Source: Bacteroidales bacterium (lineage in GTDB: Bacteria > Bacteroidota > Bacteroidia > Bacteroidales > WCHB1-69). From it: a DNA stretch of 64,000 bases. The stretch's first letter is position 1. Every line of letters begins with the position of its first letter. Of the stretch, positions 9,882 through 19,216 are shown in pieces. The notes under the pieces are model-generated. The model searched no databases. It had not been told where the DNA came from and saw nothing but the letters and a program-made list of their open reading frames with translations. Made by a program: the position numbers and the translations under genes. Location: contig JAFZIP010000010.1 of assembly GCA_017554325.1 (NCBI GenBank), positions 69,760 to 133,759 of the forward strand, written 5' to 3'.

Positions 9882-11312
9882 CTAGTAAATGTGAGATGCG
9901 TTCTTGGATGCATTGTCGCCTCTCTGACGGCCCATGAAGGATTGGACATTACGGAATCCGACGTAAGACTTACAGGTATCCTGATACTCATACGCACGTG
10001 CATACACCGTCGTATAGTAGCTCACATCCTTCCACGAACCACCGCGGATCACTTTTCTCTTCTTGGCAGGAGAGTCGTCCTTCTTAGCATAGTAGGTATA
10101 TTGCGGGTTCATGTCATGGGTGAAGTTCGTAGCCGACTTGTCGAAAGCATCCTCGCACCATTCGGCCACATTGCCGCTCATGTCGAACAAGCCCCAATCG
10201 TTGGGATAGTAGTGAGCCACAATGCTGGGATAGAAGTTGTCGTCTGCGATGTAGTTACCTCTTTGAGGTTTGAAATTGCTCAGGAAGCAGCCGTTGCTGT
10301 TGGTCGTGTAAGGACCACCCCACGGATAGCTTGCCAGAGAGTTGCCTCCGCGCGCAGCCCACTCCCACTCCGCTTCGGAGGGAAGTCTGAATTCCTGCTC
10401 GTTGGCATAGTCCTTGGAGAAAAGCCACGACATACGGAGTTGGGTTCTCCAGTGAGAGAAGGCCTTGGCCTGCTGCCAGCTCACGCCCACAACCGGGTAA
10501 TTGTCATATTGCGGGTTGGAGAAGTAGTTCAGGATCATCGGCTCATTGTAGGAATAGACAAAGTCATGCGCCCAGCACAAGGTGTCAGGGTAAATGTTCA
10601 CCACCTCATGCTTGATAAAACGCTGGTAGCCATTGCCCATGCTGCTGGGACGGTTGGCATACAATCCACCGTAATCACTGCCTTCCTTGTCAAATTCCTT
10701 GGTAGATGCTCCGAAATTATCAGGATTCTTGGGATCGCGATAATTGCGATAGTCATACCACCAATACTCATAGTTGAACATGGAGACATTCGTCAAATTG
10801 GGACGATAGTGATAAAAACGGGTGTTCACCTTGTTGAACAGCGGGCTGAGGGCTGCCTGGACCTCTTCGTTGTCGGAATCCCAGGGAATCTCCTCTTTCC
10901 AGTTGATCAACTTGGGTTCCATGATTTCACCCTCGTTCTCACCTTTCGTGTATTTCAAATAGTGGCCGTATTTTTCAGCCTCGTCGATTTCGGCATCACC
11001 GAGCAGGACATGTGCGATGGAGTCGCGTACCCAGTGCACGAACTGACGGTACTCATTGTTGGTGATTTCCGTCTCGTCCATCCAAAACGCGCCGATAGTC
11101 ACATTTTTGGACTGCTGAGTCAACGCAAACGGCACATCCTGGTCGCCACCACCCATCACATAGTGTCCGGTGGGGATATACACCATACCGTAAGGTTCAA
11201 GGTCAGAAAAAGTCGGACGGTCCTTCACGCCGACCAACTGGCCGTCGCCGCCGTTGTTGCAGGACGTGAGCACTACCATCGTCACTGCGAGCATAATAAT
11301 TACCCTTTTCAT
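9882..11312 (-). CDS. porK: T9SS lipoprotein GldK (PorK), formylglycine-generating-enzyme-like fold
   Basis: Lipobox LTSC. FGE/sulfatase-modifying-factor-like blocks (RLPSEAEWEWAARGG, GNVAEWCEDAF, RGGSWKD). Confidence 0.9.
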   Translation of the reverse strand: MKRVIIMLAVTMVVLTSCNNGGDGQLVGVKDRPTFSDLEPYGMVYIPTGHYVMGGGDQDVPFALTQQSKNVTIGAFWMDETEITNNEYRQFVHWVRDSIAHVLLGDAEIDEAEKYGHYLKYTKGENEGEIMEPKLINWKEEIPWDSDNEEVQAALSPLFNKVNTRFYHYRPNLTNVSMFNYEYWWYDYRNYRDPKNPDNFGASTKEFDKEGSDYGGLYANRPSSMGNGYQRFIKHEVVNIYPDTLCWAHDFVYSYNEPMILNYFSNPQYDNYPVVGVSWQQAKAFSHWRTQLRMSWLFSKDYANEQEFRLPSEAEWEWAARGGNSLASYPWGGPYTTNSNGCFLSNFKPQRGNYIADDNFYPSIVAHYYPNDWGLFDMSGNVAEWCEDAFDKSATNFTHDMNPQYTYYAKKDDSPAKKRKVIRGGSWKDVSYYTTVYARAYEYQDTCKSYVGFRNVQSFMGRQRGDNASKNASHIY

Positions 11313-11361
11313 TTTATTGCAATTTATATTTTTCCTAACGTGAATTGGCCTAATTTATTTT

Positions 11362-12417
11362 TTAATACTGATTTTTGTAGATATTTCTGGTTGATCCATA
11401 GCCAGAGAACACCTCCGGCTTGTAGATATCAAAGCAATAGCGGATCATCACTTCCACGTCACCGAAGCTGCGGTTCGTGCGGTAGGCAAGGCTGTTGGTG
11501 GTGATGCCGTAAGAGACCGCTGCCTCCAATCCTTTCAGGTAGGTGTTGGAGGAGTTATAGAACGGCCGGGTGCCAAAAATAAGAGAGATATCGTCGTTGA
11601 TACGATACCCCAATCCGCCCCAAAAGAGGCCGTTATATCTCACCAAACCCATAAGGTCGATCTGGTACGTTTTGAAATCGGTTTTCACCATGGCATGAGG
11701 GATAATCTCCCAGTTGGGATTGGACGGAATAATCCAAGTATAACCGCCATGGAAATACATCTGGGGATTGCGGGAAATGTAATCCTGATTGCCGGCCAAA
11801 CGCAACACGCGCTTCTTGTCAAACGCGCTGGCGAGCTGCGTCACACTGACACCAGCATACCATTGGTCGCACTTGTATTGCAAACCCAAGCTGAAATCCA
11901 AATCCATGGTGGATTCCCCGAGTTTGTCCAACACTGGATCGCCCGTCTGGATTGGGCGCCACGAAACACCGTCTTTCAGTTTCTGGTTATACAAGCCTAT
12001 CTGGGCACCGATCCCCAAATGTCCGTTCGCAATACGCAATTTATAAGAATAACCTAATTTAACACCGATGTTATTGTAATAACCGATAATGTCCTCCACA
12101 AATGTAACGCCCAATGATCCATGCAGTTTCTTCAGATAAGACTCCAAACTGAAATAGAAATCCTGAGGAGCGGTTTTTTCTTTCCTAATGGAATCGCCCT
12201 GCATGTAAACATCATTCCATCCAAGGTATTTGTTATTGTATATGGCAGTAAAACACAATGTATTGTTCTGTTCTCCAATACCACCCGCATTATAATATGA
12301 CGTGGCCCATGGGAAAAGTGTGAATTGGACATCGTCCTGCGCAAAACACACTTCACCCGCAAAGATGGCGAAGAACAGCACAATCGCAAATCGTCTTATA
12401 TGAATTCCCTTATTCAT
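11362..12417 (-). CDS. porP: T9SS membrane protein PorP/SprF family
   Basis: 351 aa. Signal peptide ends CFA|QDD, followed by a beta-barrel-like alternating pattern. It lies immediately upstream of porK, as in Porphyromonas/Prevotella. Confidence 0.8.
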   Translation of the reverse strand: MNKGIHIRRFAIVLFFAIFAGEVCFAQDDVQFTLFPWATSYYNAGGIGEQNNTLCFTAIYNNKYLGWNDVYMQGDSIRKEKTAPQDFYFSLESYLKKLHGSLGVTFVEDIIGYYNNIGVKLGYSYKLRIANGHLGIGAQIGLYNQKLKDGVSWRPIQTGDPVLDKLGESTMDLDFSLGLQYKCDQWYAGVSVTQLASAFDKKRVLRLAGNQDYISRNPQMYFHGGYTWIIPSNPNWEIIPHAMVKTDFKTYQIDLMGLVRYNGLFWGGLGYRINDDISLIFGTRPFYNSSNTYLKGLEAAVSYGITTNSLAYRTNRSFGDVEVMIRYCFDIYKPEVFSGYGSTRNIYKNQY

Positions 12418-12563
12418 AATTGGTTATTGTGGTTTGACATCTTACTGTCATTCAATATATTAACTTATTCCATCACCTGTTTTTCTTTATTCCTGAACAA
12501 TCTTATACTCCCGTTTTTGAAATAAGTTACATATTGCAATGAACATTATTTTTTTTCAAGCGA

Positions 12564-12571
12564 CAAAAATA
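12564..12571 (-). promoter_or_regulatory. -7 box TATTTTTG, candidate promoter of the porPKLMN operon
   Basis: Plus strand reads caaaaata inside an AT-rich 254-nt spacer, about 147 nt upstream of the porP ATG. Confidence 0.45.
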
Positions 12572-12623
12572 CGATTATTTTTTTAGGTTTTTTGCTTTCT
12601 TCTTCTTTTTTTATTTTTTATCC

Positions 12624-12650
12624 TAAAAAATATTCTAACCTATTTAGAAT
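12624..12650 (-). terminator. Hairpin plus U-tract after the 1152-aa OMP gene
   Basis: On the minus strand, attctaa-atagg-ttagaat is followed by attttttagg. It lies 22 nt past the stop codon. Confidence 0.55.
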
Positions 12651-12671
12651 CAGGTCAATAAAAATTAACAT

Positions 12672-15600
12672 TTAAAAATGCGCCTTGAGGGAGAGCCCAC
12701 CAGTATGGACAGAGCGTTTATTTTGTGCTTTTCGGCCCTCATATTGTAACGATATCTGCAAATAATCCGTGATGGAGCACTGGTAATCCACCCCCCAGAG
12801 CACATTTTGTCCCACCGACAGCCCGTTCAGCAGTTGGTACGAGACCGACGATTCTCCGGGCGCAACGCCTCGGATGCCAACATATTGTAGCGTCGCGGAC
12901 AACACACCGCGCTTGAGCATCTTGTAGTTGAACGTCGCTTTCAGGTCATGCGTCCGAACAAACTCTTCCCCTTCCATGTTTCGCTTGTACCCCCACGCGT
13001 ACTGGACAGACGCAAAATAGGCGTTGGAAAACTGCAGCTGGACATTGCCGCTGACGGTATGCTGAAGAATTGTATAACACCGTGAAAGCATCATGGCAGA
13101 TCGGTTCTGATTGATTTGATGCAAATATGAGGCCTGCAAAAAGACAGTTTTATGCGGAGAACTCTTCAAAACCACCTGCTGCATGGAGAGTTTTCCCGTT
13201 TCATTGCCATAATAGAGCAGTTCTTTGTTTCTCGACTCCTGCACAACCACGTCGAATGCGAATTTCGAGCTGCTGTTATTGAAAGAAAATGTGTTGTTCA
13301 ACGAAAAGCTGTGGCTCACCAACGCCGTGTCCTCTTCCTGTTTTAACGGGAATGGATTGAACACAGGAACCGACTGCTTGGCCTGTGAACGCAACATCAT
13401 GACATCGGAGAATCGGGCCAGAAACCGCTTGAAGCCTGTCTCGTTACGCCATACGGCTGCAGGGCGCAGCTGAATGCTCTGAGACAACTGGGTGTTGTAT
13501 GTGTTCACATAGTCAGTTCCTGCCAACCACACTTTCACATACTCCGCCTCGTCTTGAAAAGCAGCCACCTCAAACTCGTCAAGTTCCTCCACCCCATTGC
13601 CATTATAGTCGTGCCACACATACGTGCCCTGTCCAGCAGCCACTTTGATGTACGTGAAATGCTTCTTCTGTTCCATACCGTTTCCCATTTCATAGTAAGT
13701 ACTCAAGATGATGGCATTCCTGCAAAATCTTCCTGAATACTCCACATTACCCACAAACATGTTTTCAGCCTTGCCCCAGCCCAAGGAGTCCCGCAACTGC
13801 TGATTCCGATAGGTCACTCTCGAACCGAAATGCTGGTTCTTGATCCGGTCGAAAGCAAAAGAGGCATTCACCTCATGGATTCTTGAAGTCAAAGACAACC
13901 GCTGGTCTTGCGGAGAGTAATCAACCCTGTTCTTATATGAAATGTTGTATTTATATATGGAAGAATCCGCATTTTTCAAATAGGCATAAGCCTCATTGAA
14001 AGCATAACTATTCAACCGCATCGAATCCGTCAAAGCCTCACGAAACACGTTGTGTTCCAAAAAGTCAGACACCCCAACCTCGATTTTCTTGAAACTGTAG
14101 GACAGCTTGTTCCGAGAGGAGACAAAGGAGCTGGTTTGGACACTGTCGGAAGAATAGAGCCACGAGGTCTGGGTGTGGGCCAACAAATGATTCCATTCAT
14201 TATGGGAAAATATTTCATTTCGGATGGCATTCAGTACGCCTAACCGGGACAACCAATTGAGCGAATACCGAGTGTCACTGACTTTGGGCCGAGCAACACC
14301 TATGACTGCCTGCAGCATCTGTTCGGAAGCGGTTTCCGAATACTCTTGATCCAGATTATAGTTGCGCGCAAACTCCACCTCCCGGAAACGTTCCACGGCA
14401 TGGAAGTTCTTATGGACAAACTGCCATTGCAACGATGTTTTCAATCTCCACTGGCTGGTATCAGTTCCGTTCCGTTTAAGCGGTTGCTCGTGCTGGGCAC
14501 TGAGGAGGTAGGCAAAACCCACATTATCCCGGTCATCGGCCTTTGAGAAAATGTTCCGGTCATAATTGGACAAAGCCAGTTCCGTATGCAGAAATGACGT
14601 TGGTTTGAAACGATAGTCGGCAGCAATAGTGGCCATCTGCACCAGCTTCGGCGTGGTGAGCAGAACCACCGGCTCATAGTCGCCCTGCGGAACTCCGTCC
14701 TGTGGCGCAATCCATACGAACACGCGGCCGTTGACCGTACTACTCTGCAACCTGTAAGAACCTTTATGACTGCCCATATACGTAAATCCGACCTGATACA
14801 GCTGGATCGAATCGATGACCGAATACTCATAGATTTCATATTGTTTGCCCGCCACCAGAGTGTCTTTCTTACAATACAACACTCTTTCTGAGGAAAAGGC
14901 GGCTGAATCCGCATTGGGATAAAAGGCTTGGTTTTCCGCATCTCCGAGTCTGGAGAGAAACAGTTTGTGATTGTCCGTCAATTCCGGTTGGATGGACTGG
15001 TTTTTAAGATCCTGTTCCTGATAAAAATTCACCCTCAGGGTAAGCGGATGACCTTTACCTATCTGCATCTCATTATTTGTAAACAGGTTATATCTGGTAT
15101 AATGCCGGTCGGTACATTCAAATTCCACTACCAAACGTTTTTCCGTGGTAACCAGAATGGCTGGTGTAAAGGTAATCTCTGCCGTATTGTAATCTATCAC
15201 ATAATCATTCTCCTGTCCTCTGACCAGCAGCACCCCATCCATATACACGCGTTCAGAGCCTGCTACCACCACAATGTTGGTCTCGTTGTTCTCCCCATAC
15301 AATCTATACGGTCCCTGAACACCGTTCTGCGGAATGATAGTCTGCCGGACATACTTGCCTTTGGCCACGCCACCGCCTACGGTATTATTCATAGACATAT
15401 TCTTCCAAGATGAATTCACGCGCAGGTTCACACCCAGCAAATTCCGGTTAACCTGCAGGAAATCGTCTTTCGGCGAAGCAAGCATAATATCGCCGGCATC
15501 AATACGAATACGGTCTTTAATTAATAATGTTAAAAATATATTGTTGATGTTCGACAGGTATTCTGTATTTCCTTCAGGTTGGATCGGCACATTCTTATCC

Positions 15601-16127
15601 GAGATGGAGGCCACGATCTCAACATCCTCGGATAACTTGCCAGACAGTTGCAAATTGAGGGACGAATTGAGCACTAAGTCCTGATTGTTTCCCACAGACA
15701 CGCCCCTTGAGATGAAACCGCTGGTAGTCAGCTCATCGCTGCGGAGTGACGAAAAAGTGCCAGAAGAAGAAGCTGTCTGCAATTGGAATTGAGGAATGGA
15801 AGATTCTATGAGCGAAGGTTGCTTATGGAATCGGGGCCGGGAAAAATCCAGATCAAAAACACGGTATTGATAATGTAGCGGACGGCCGAGCAAAGCAGAG
15901 TCTGTCAGGTAAATCGTTGCTGTCACATGGTCAATGCGGTATTGAGAGGTGTCCGCACCCTGCAGAGTGAAGGTGCCGGGCACGACAGACAGGGTATCCA
16001 GCCTCAAGCGCATTTGTTCAGGCACACACACACCTATGCGCATCCGCTCAAAATCTTGAGCAAACACACTGTTACCCAATAATATACAACACATTATCAG
16101 GCATACGATGATATGCTGAACTTTCAT
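12672..16127 (-). CDS. Large conserved-looking outer-membrane beta-barrel protein, function unknown
   Basis: 1152 aa counted from MKVQHIIVCLIMCCILLGNSVFA|QDF. It has a long alternating-polarity sequence and the C-terminal residue is F (LSLKAHF). The upstream 137 aa of the raw ORF overlap the transketolase gene and were discarded. Confidence 0.7.
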   Translation of the reverse strand: MKVQHIIVCLIMCCILLGNSVFAQDFERMRIGVCVPEQMRLRLDTLSVVPGTFTLQGADTSQYRIDHVTATIYLTDSALLGRPLHYQYRVFDLDFSRPRFHKQPSLIESSIPQFQLQTASSSGTFSSLRSDELTTSGFISRGVSVGNNQDLVLNSSLNLQLSGKLSEDVEIVASISDKNVPIQPEGNTEYLSNINNIFLTLLIKDRIRIDAGDIMLASPKDDFLQVNRNLLGVNLRVNSSWKNMSMNNTVGGGVAKGKYVRQTIIPQNGVQGPYRLYGENNETNIVVVAGSERVYMDGVLLVRGQENDYVIDYNTAEITFTPAILVTTEKRLVVEFECTDRHYTRYNLFTNNEMQIGKGHPLTLRVNFYQEQDLKNQSIQPELTDNHKLFLSRLGDAENQAFYPNADSAAFSSERVLYCKKDTLVAGKQYEIYEYSVIDSIQLYQVGFTYMGSHKGSYRLQSSTVNGRVFVWIAPQDGVPQGDYEPVVLLTTPKLVQMATIAADYRFKPTSFLHTELALSNYDRNIFSKADDRDNVGFAYLLSAQHEQPLKRNGTDTSQWRLKTSLQWQFVHKNFHAVERFREVEFARNYNLDQEYSETASEQMLQAVIGVARPKVSDTRYSLNWLSRLGVLNAIRNEIFSHNEWNHLLAHTQTSWLYSSDSVQTSSFVSSRNKLSYSFKKIEVGVSDFLEHNVFREALTDSMRLNSYAFNEAYAYLKNADSSIYKYNISYKNRVDYSPQDQRLSLTSRIHEVNASFAFDRIKNQHFGSRVTYRNQQLRDSLGWGKAENMFVGNVEYSGRFCRNAIILSTYYEMGNGMEQKKHFTYIKVAAGQGTYVWHDYNGNGVEELDEFEVAAFQDEAEYVKVWLAGTDYVNTYNTQLSQSIQLRPAAVWRNETGFKRFLARFSDVMMLRSQAKQSVPVFNPFPLKQEEDTALVSHSFSLNNTFSFNNSSSKFAFDVVVQESRNKELLYYGNETGKLSMQQVVLKSSPHKTVFLQASYLHQINQNRSAMMLSRCYTILQHTVSGNVQLQFSNAYFASVQYAWGYKRNMEGEEFVRTHDLKATFNYKMLKRGVLSATLQYVGIRGVAPGESSVSYQLLNGLSVGQNVLWGVDYQCSITDYLQISLQYEGRKAQNKRSVHTGGLSLKAHF

Positions 16128-16174
16128 CTTGTAAAGAAAAAGTTTTTTTATTAACTGATAATAATCTATTTTCG

Positions 16175-16182
16175 TATTTTTG
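16175..16182 (+). promoter_or_regulatory. -7 box TATTTTTG upstream of the transketolase C-terminal-half gene
   Basis: cgTATTTTTGcagg, 21 nt before the ATG at 16203. Confidence 0.5.
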
Positions 16183-16202
16183 CAGGGCAAAATTTTTACG
16201 AC

Positions 16203-17159
16203 ATGGAAAAAATATACACGGAAGAAATGAAAGACACCCGTTCCGGTTTCGGTGCCGGGCTGGTGGAAGCAGGCAAACTCAACCCCAACGTTTTCGCGCT
16301 CACTGCCGATGTGACGGGCAGTGTGAAGATGGGTGATTTCAAAGCGGCATACCCGGACCGATTCATCCAAGTCGGCATTGCGGAGGCCAACATGATTGGC
16401 ATCTCGGCAGGTCTGGCGTTGAGCGGCAAGATCCCATTTGCGGCTGCATTTGCCGGATTCATCAGCGGCCGGGTCTATGACCAGATCCGCATGACGGTAG
16501 CCTATTCCAATCTGAACGTGAAAATTTGCGCATCGCATTCAGGGCTGACCGTCGGAGAAGACGGCGCCACCCACGAGATGATGGAAGACCTTGGCTTGAT
16601 GAGAATGCTCCCCAACATGGTGGTCCTCAACCCGTGCGACTACAACCAGACCAAGATGGCCACGCTGGCCGCCGCTGAGTACAACGGACCCGTGTATCTG
16701 CGTTTCGGACGTCCATCCGTGCCGAACTTCACCCCTGCAGACCAGCCATTCATTATCGGCAAGGCCATCAAGATGAACGAAGGCCATGACGTGACGATAT
16801 TGGCCACGGGGCATCTGGTATATCCTGCCGTGCAGGCCGCATACATCCTCGAAGAACAAGGCTTCTCCGTGGAAGTTTTGGACATCACCACCATCAAGCC
16901 GCTGGATGAAGAGGCTGTGCTCGCAAGTCTGGCAAAGACCAAGTGTGCGGTGACTGCCGAGGAGCATCTGCGCAACGGCGGTCTGGGCGACGCTATTGGC
17001 CAGCTCGCCGCACGCAAACTGCCCGTACCCATCGAGATGGTCGCTGTAGATGACAAATTCGGCGAGAGTGGCAAGCCCGATGAGCTGATGACACTATACG
17101 GTCTAGACACTGATCATATTGTGGATGCCTGCAAACAAGCTATCGCCCGCAAACAATAA
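16203..17159 (+). CDS. Transketolase, C-terminal (pyrimidine-binding plus C-terminal domain) subunit
   Basis: 318 aa. FGAGLVEAG, DRFIQVGIAEANMIGISAGLA and HSGLTVGEDGATHEMMEDL are blocks typical of split-transketolase subunit B. Confidence 0.85.
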   Translation: MEKIYTEEMKDTRSGFGAGLVEAGKLNPNVFALTADVTGSVKMGDFKAAYPDRFIQVGIAEANMIGISAGLALSGKIPFAAAFAGFISGRVYDQIRMTVAYSNLNVKICASHSGLTVGEDGATHEMMEDLGLMRMLPNMVVLNPCDYNQTKMATLAAAEYNGPVYLRFGRPSVPNFTPADQPFIIGKAIKMNEGHDVTILATGHLVYPAVQAAYILEEQGFSVEVLDITTIKPLDEEAVLASLAKTKCAVTAEEHLRNGGLGDAIGQLAARKLPVPIEMVAVDDKFGESGKPDELMTLYGLDTDHIVDACKQAIARKQ

Positions 17160-17164
17160 ACCCT

Positions 17165-17722
17165 ATGCCGGAAGCCACTGACGAATTCATACTCTCCCTG
17201 TTCGCCAATGCCAAGACCAAAGAACAGGCCTTTGAGCTGTTGGTCAAGAAGTACCAGCGGGTCGTGTATTACAATGCCCGTCGCATCGTGTCGCTGCACG
17301 AAGACGCCAACGATGTATCCCAGAACGTGTTCATCAAAATCTGGAAGAACCTTGACCGGTTCCGTGGCGAGTCCAGTCTCAAAACCTGGATAACCAAGAT
17401 CTGCGTCAACGAGGCGTTGACCTTCATTGAGAAGAAAAAGAAGTTGCTGAATCTGTCCGACGACAGCTACACCAATTTTCTGGTGGTCAGCCAACCGGAA
17501 GTCAATTCCATGTCTCCCAATGAGATACAACAGCTTCTGCAAGAGGAAATTGTAAAGCTTCCGCCGAAGCAGCGTGCCGTGTTCACCATGCGCTATTACG
17601 ACGAGACTCCCTACGCGGAAATGTCCAAGATTTTCGACACCTCCGAAAGTGCCTTGAAAGCATCCTACCATTTCGCCGCAGAAAAAATCAAAAAAAATTT
17701 ATCAGAGCGTTTAACCTTTTAG
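17165..17722 (+). CDS. ECF-type RNA polymerase sigma-70 family factor
   Basis: Region 2 (DANDVSQNVFIKIWKNLDRFRGESSLKTWITKICVNEAL) and region 4 (LPPKQRAVFTMRYYDETPYAEMSKIFDTSESALKASYH). Confidence 0.85.
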   Translation: MPEATDEFILSLFANAKTKEQAFELLVKKYQRVVYYNARRIVSLHEDANDVSQNVFIKIWKNLDRFRGESSLKTWITKICVNEALTFIEKKKKLLNLSDDSYTNFLVVSQPEVNSMSPNEIQQLLQEEIVKLPPKQRAVFTMRYYDETPYAEMSKIFDTSESALKASYHFAAEKIKKNLSERLTF

Positions 17723-17763
17723 CTTCTTCCAAGTCATATTAACTGTTTATTCCCAATACAGGC

Positions 17764-18075
17764 ATGATAGATTTAGATACAATAAAGAAAGAAGAACAGT
17801 ATAAGGTTCCAGAAGGATACTTTGATCAGTTTCCACAACAGGTTATGAATCAGATCCGTAAGGACAAGACTAAACGACAAAGCATCTGGTTATCCGCCGT
17901 AGCCGCAGCCTTGGCCGTTGTCATCTGCAGTATCTCCGTGGTCCGGTACATACAGCAAGACGACAGTCGTCATCAGGACATCGTCAAGACAGAAATCCAG
18001 GAGGGCCAACTGGAGGAACAGATGGTTGACTACTACAGCACCGAGCTGGCGCAAATGGATTATTTAAACTACTAA
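17764..18075 (+). CDS. Putative single-pass anti-sigma factor
   Basis: 103 aa with one TM helix (IWLSAVAAALAVVICSISVV), immediately downstream of the ECF sigma gene. The call rests on position only. Confidence 0.4.
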   Translation: MIDLDTIKKEEQYKVPEGYFDQFPQQVMNQIRKDKTKRQSIWLSAVAAALAVVICSISVVRYIQQDDSRHQDIVKTEIQEGQLEEQMVDYYSTELAQMDYLNY

Positions 18076-18087
18076 AACCATATCACT

Positions 18088-18606
18088 ATGAAACGTATTT
18101 TTTGCACGATCTGCCTGCTGGCAGTATGCTTCAGTTTTGCGTACGCGCAAGAAAAGACAGACCCAGAAAAAATGAAGAAAGAGCGCATCGCCAACATGCA
18201 GCTCAATCTGAAACTGACCCCACAGGAGGCCAAGCTTTTCTGGCCCGCCTACGGACAATTCCTGAACAACGAGATCAAATACCACGAAGCCTACAAGAAG
18301 AATCTGGAAAAACGTGGCATCAAGTTGAAAGAGCCGGGCAAGAACAAGGAAATGATTGATAAACTCTCCGAAAAGGACCTTGCTTACCTTCAGGATCAGA
18401 AATTCGAGCTCCGCAAAAACATGCACAATTTGGAACTGTCGTTCTATAAAAAGCTGAAATCCATACTCACGCCACGCCACATCCAGGATTTCTACAACAT
18501 TGACGAGAAATACAAGCGGGACATGATCAGCAAGAGAAAGGCCGAAGCCGAGAAGAAAAAAGCCGAAGGACCATCTCCTGTGAACCCTGGCGTGAAGAAA
18601 CGCTAA
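18088..18606 (+). CDS. Secreted helical protein, Spy/CpxP-like periplasmic family (tentative)
   Basis: Signal peptide ends FAYA|QEK. The rest is a K/E-rich helical sequence containing LTPQEAKLFWPAY. It is the third gene of the sigma/anti-sigma trio. Confidence 0.45.
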   Translation: MKRIFCTICLLAVCFSFAYAQEKTDPEKMKKERIANMQLNLKLTPQEAKLFWPAYGQFLNNEIKYHEAYKKNLEKRGIKLKEPGKNKEMIDKLSEKDLAYLQDQKFELRKNMHNLELSFYKKLKSILTPRHIQDFYNIDEKYKRDMISKRKAEAEKKKAEGPSPVNPGVKKR

Positions 18607-18614
18607 AGTAAAAA

Positions 18615-18647
18615 AACGAGCCAAAAATCAAAGGCTCGTTTTTTTTA
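18615..18647 (+). terminator. Rho-independent terminator
   Basis: aacgagcc-(10 nt loop)-ggctcgtt followed by a T-run. Confidence 0.7.
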
Positions 18648-18680
18648 TGATATTTCAAGTGTTTGATATTGAAAAAAGTG

Positions 18681-18688
18681 TATTTTTG
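18681..18688 (+). promoter_or_regulatory. -7 box TATTTTTG, candidate str-operon promoter
   Basis: gtgTATTTTTGcag, 60 nt upstream of the rpsL ATG. Confidence 0.5.
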
Positions 18689-18748
18689 CAGCCCCAAAAA
18701 AATTGGGTTTTTATCATTAAAAATTAAAAGTTTAACAAATCAAATTGT

Positions 18749-19132
18749 ATGCCTACAATTCAACAATTAGTAAGAAAAGGAAGAAAAAGACTGACTTCTC
18801 AGAGTAAGTCAAGGGCATTGGATGCCTGTCCGCAAAGACGCGGCGTTTGTTTGAGGGTTTACACCACAACCCCGAAGAAACCGAATTCAGCCATGCGTAA
18901 GGTGGCGAGAGTTAGAATGACCAACGGAAAAGAGGTGAACGCCTACATTCCGGGCGAAGGCCACAACCTTCAGGAACACAGCATCGTGCTGGTGCGCGGA
19001 GGCCGTGTAAAAGACCTTCCCGGTGTGCGTTATCACATCGTCCGTGGTGCTTTGGACTCTGCCGGCGTGGACGGTCGTCTGCAAGGACGCTCCAAATACG
19101 GTGCCAAGAGACCTAAAAAGGCTGCGAAGTAA
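18749..19132 (+). CDS. rpsL: 30S ribosomal protein S12
   Basis: [12 protein letters not shown]...[14 protein letters not shown]...[32 protein letters not shown]. Confidence 0.97.
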   Translation: MPTIQQLVRKGRKRLTSQSKSRALDACPQRRGVCLRVYTTTPKKPNSAMRKVARVRMTNGKEVNAYIPGEGHNLQEHSIVLVRGGRVKDLPGVRYHIVRGALDSAGVDGRLQGRSKYGAKRPKKAAK

Positions 19133-19159
19133 TTAAAATTCATCCTTTAAAAAAGTAAA

Positions 19160-19184
19160 TTGAACGCCGGGATTGGCGATTCAA
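19160..19184 (+). promoter_or_regulatory. Bulged hairpin in the rpsL-rpsG spacer (candidate S7 translational operator)
   Basis: ttgaacgcc-gggatt-ggcgattcaa gives 9 bp with one bulge. In E. coli, S7 autoregulates through the rpsL-rpsG intercistronic RNA. Confidence 0.3.
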
Positions 19185-19216
19185 GAGTAAATAACATTTA
19201 TTGAAGATACAAGAAA

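Noticed and set aside
16128-16538. The N-terminal 137-aa extension of the 1288-aa ORF, which would overlap the transketolase-half gene.
   Set aside because: An internal Met at 16127 is followed by a textbook signal peptide with an A|Q site. The extension is antisense to a conserved CDS and has no features of its own.
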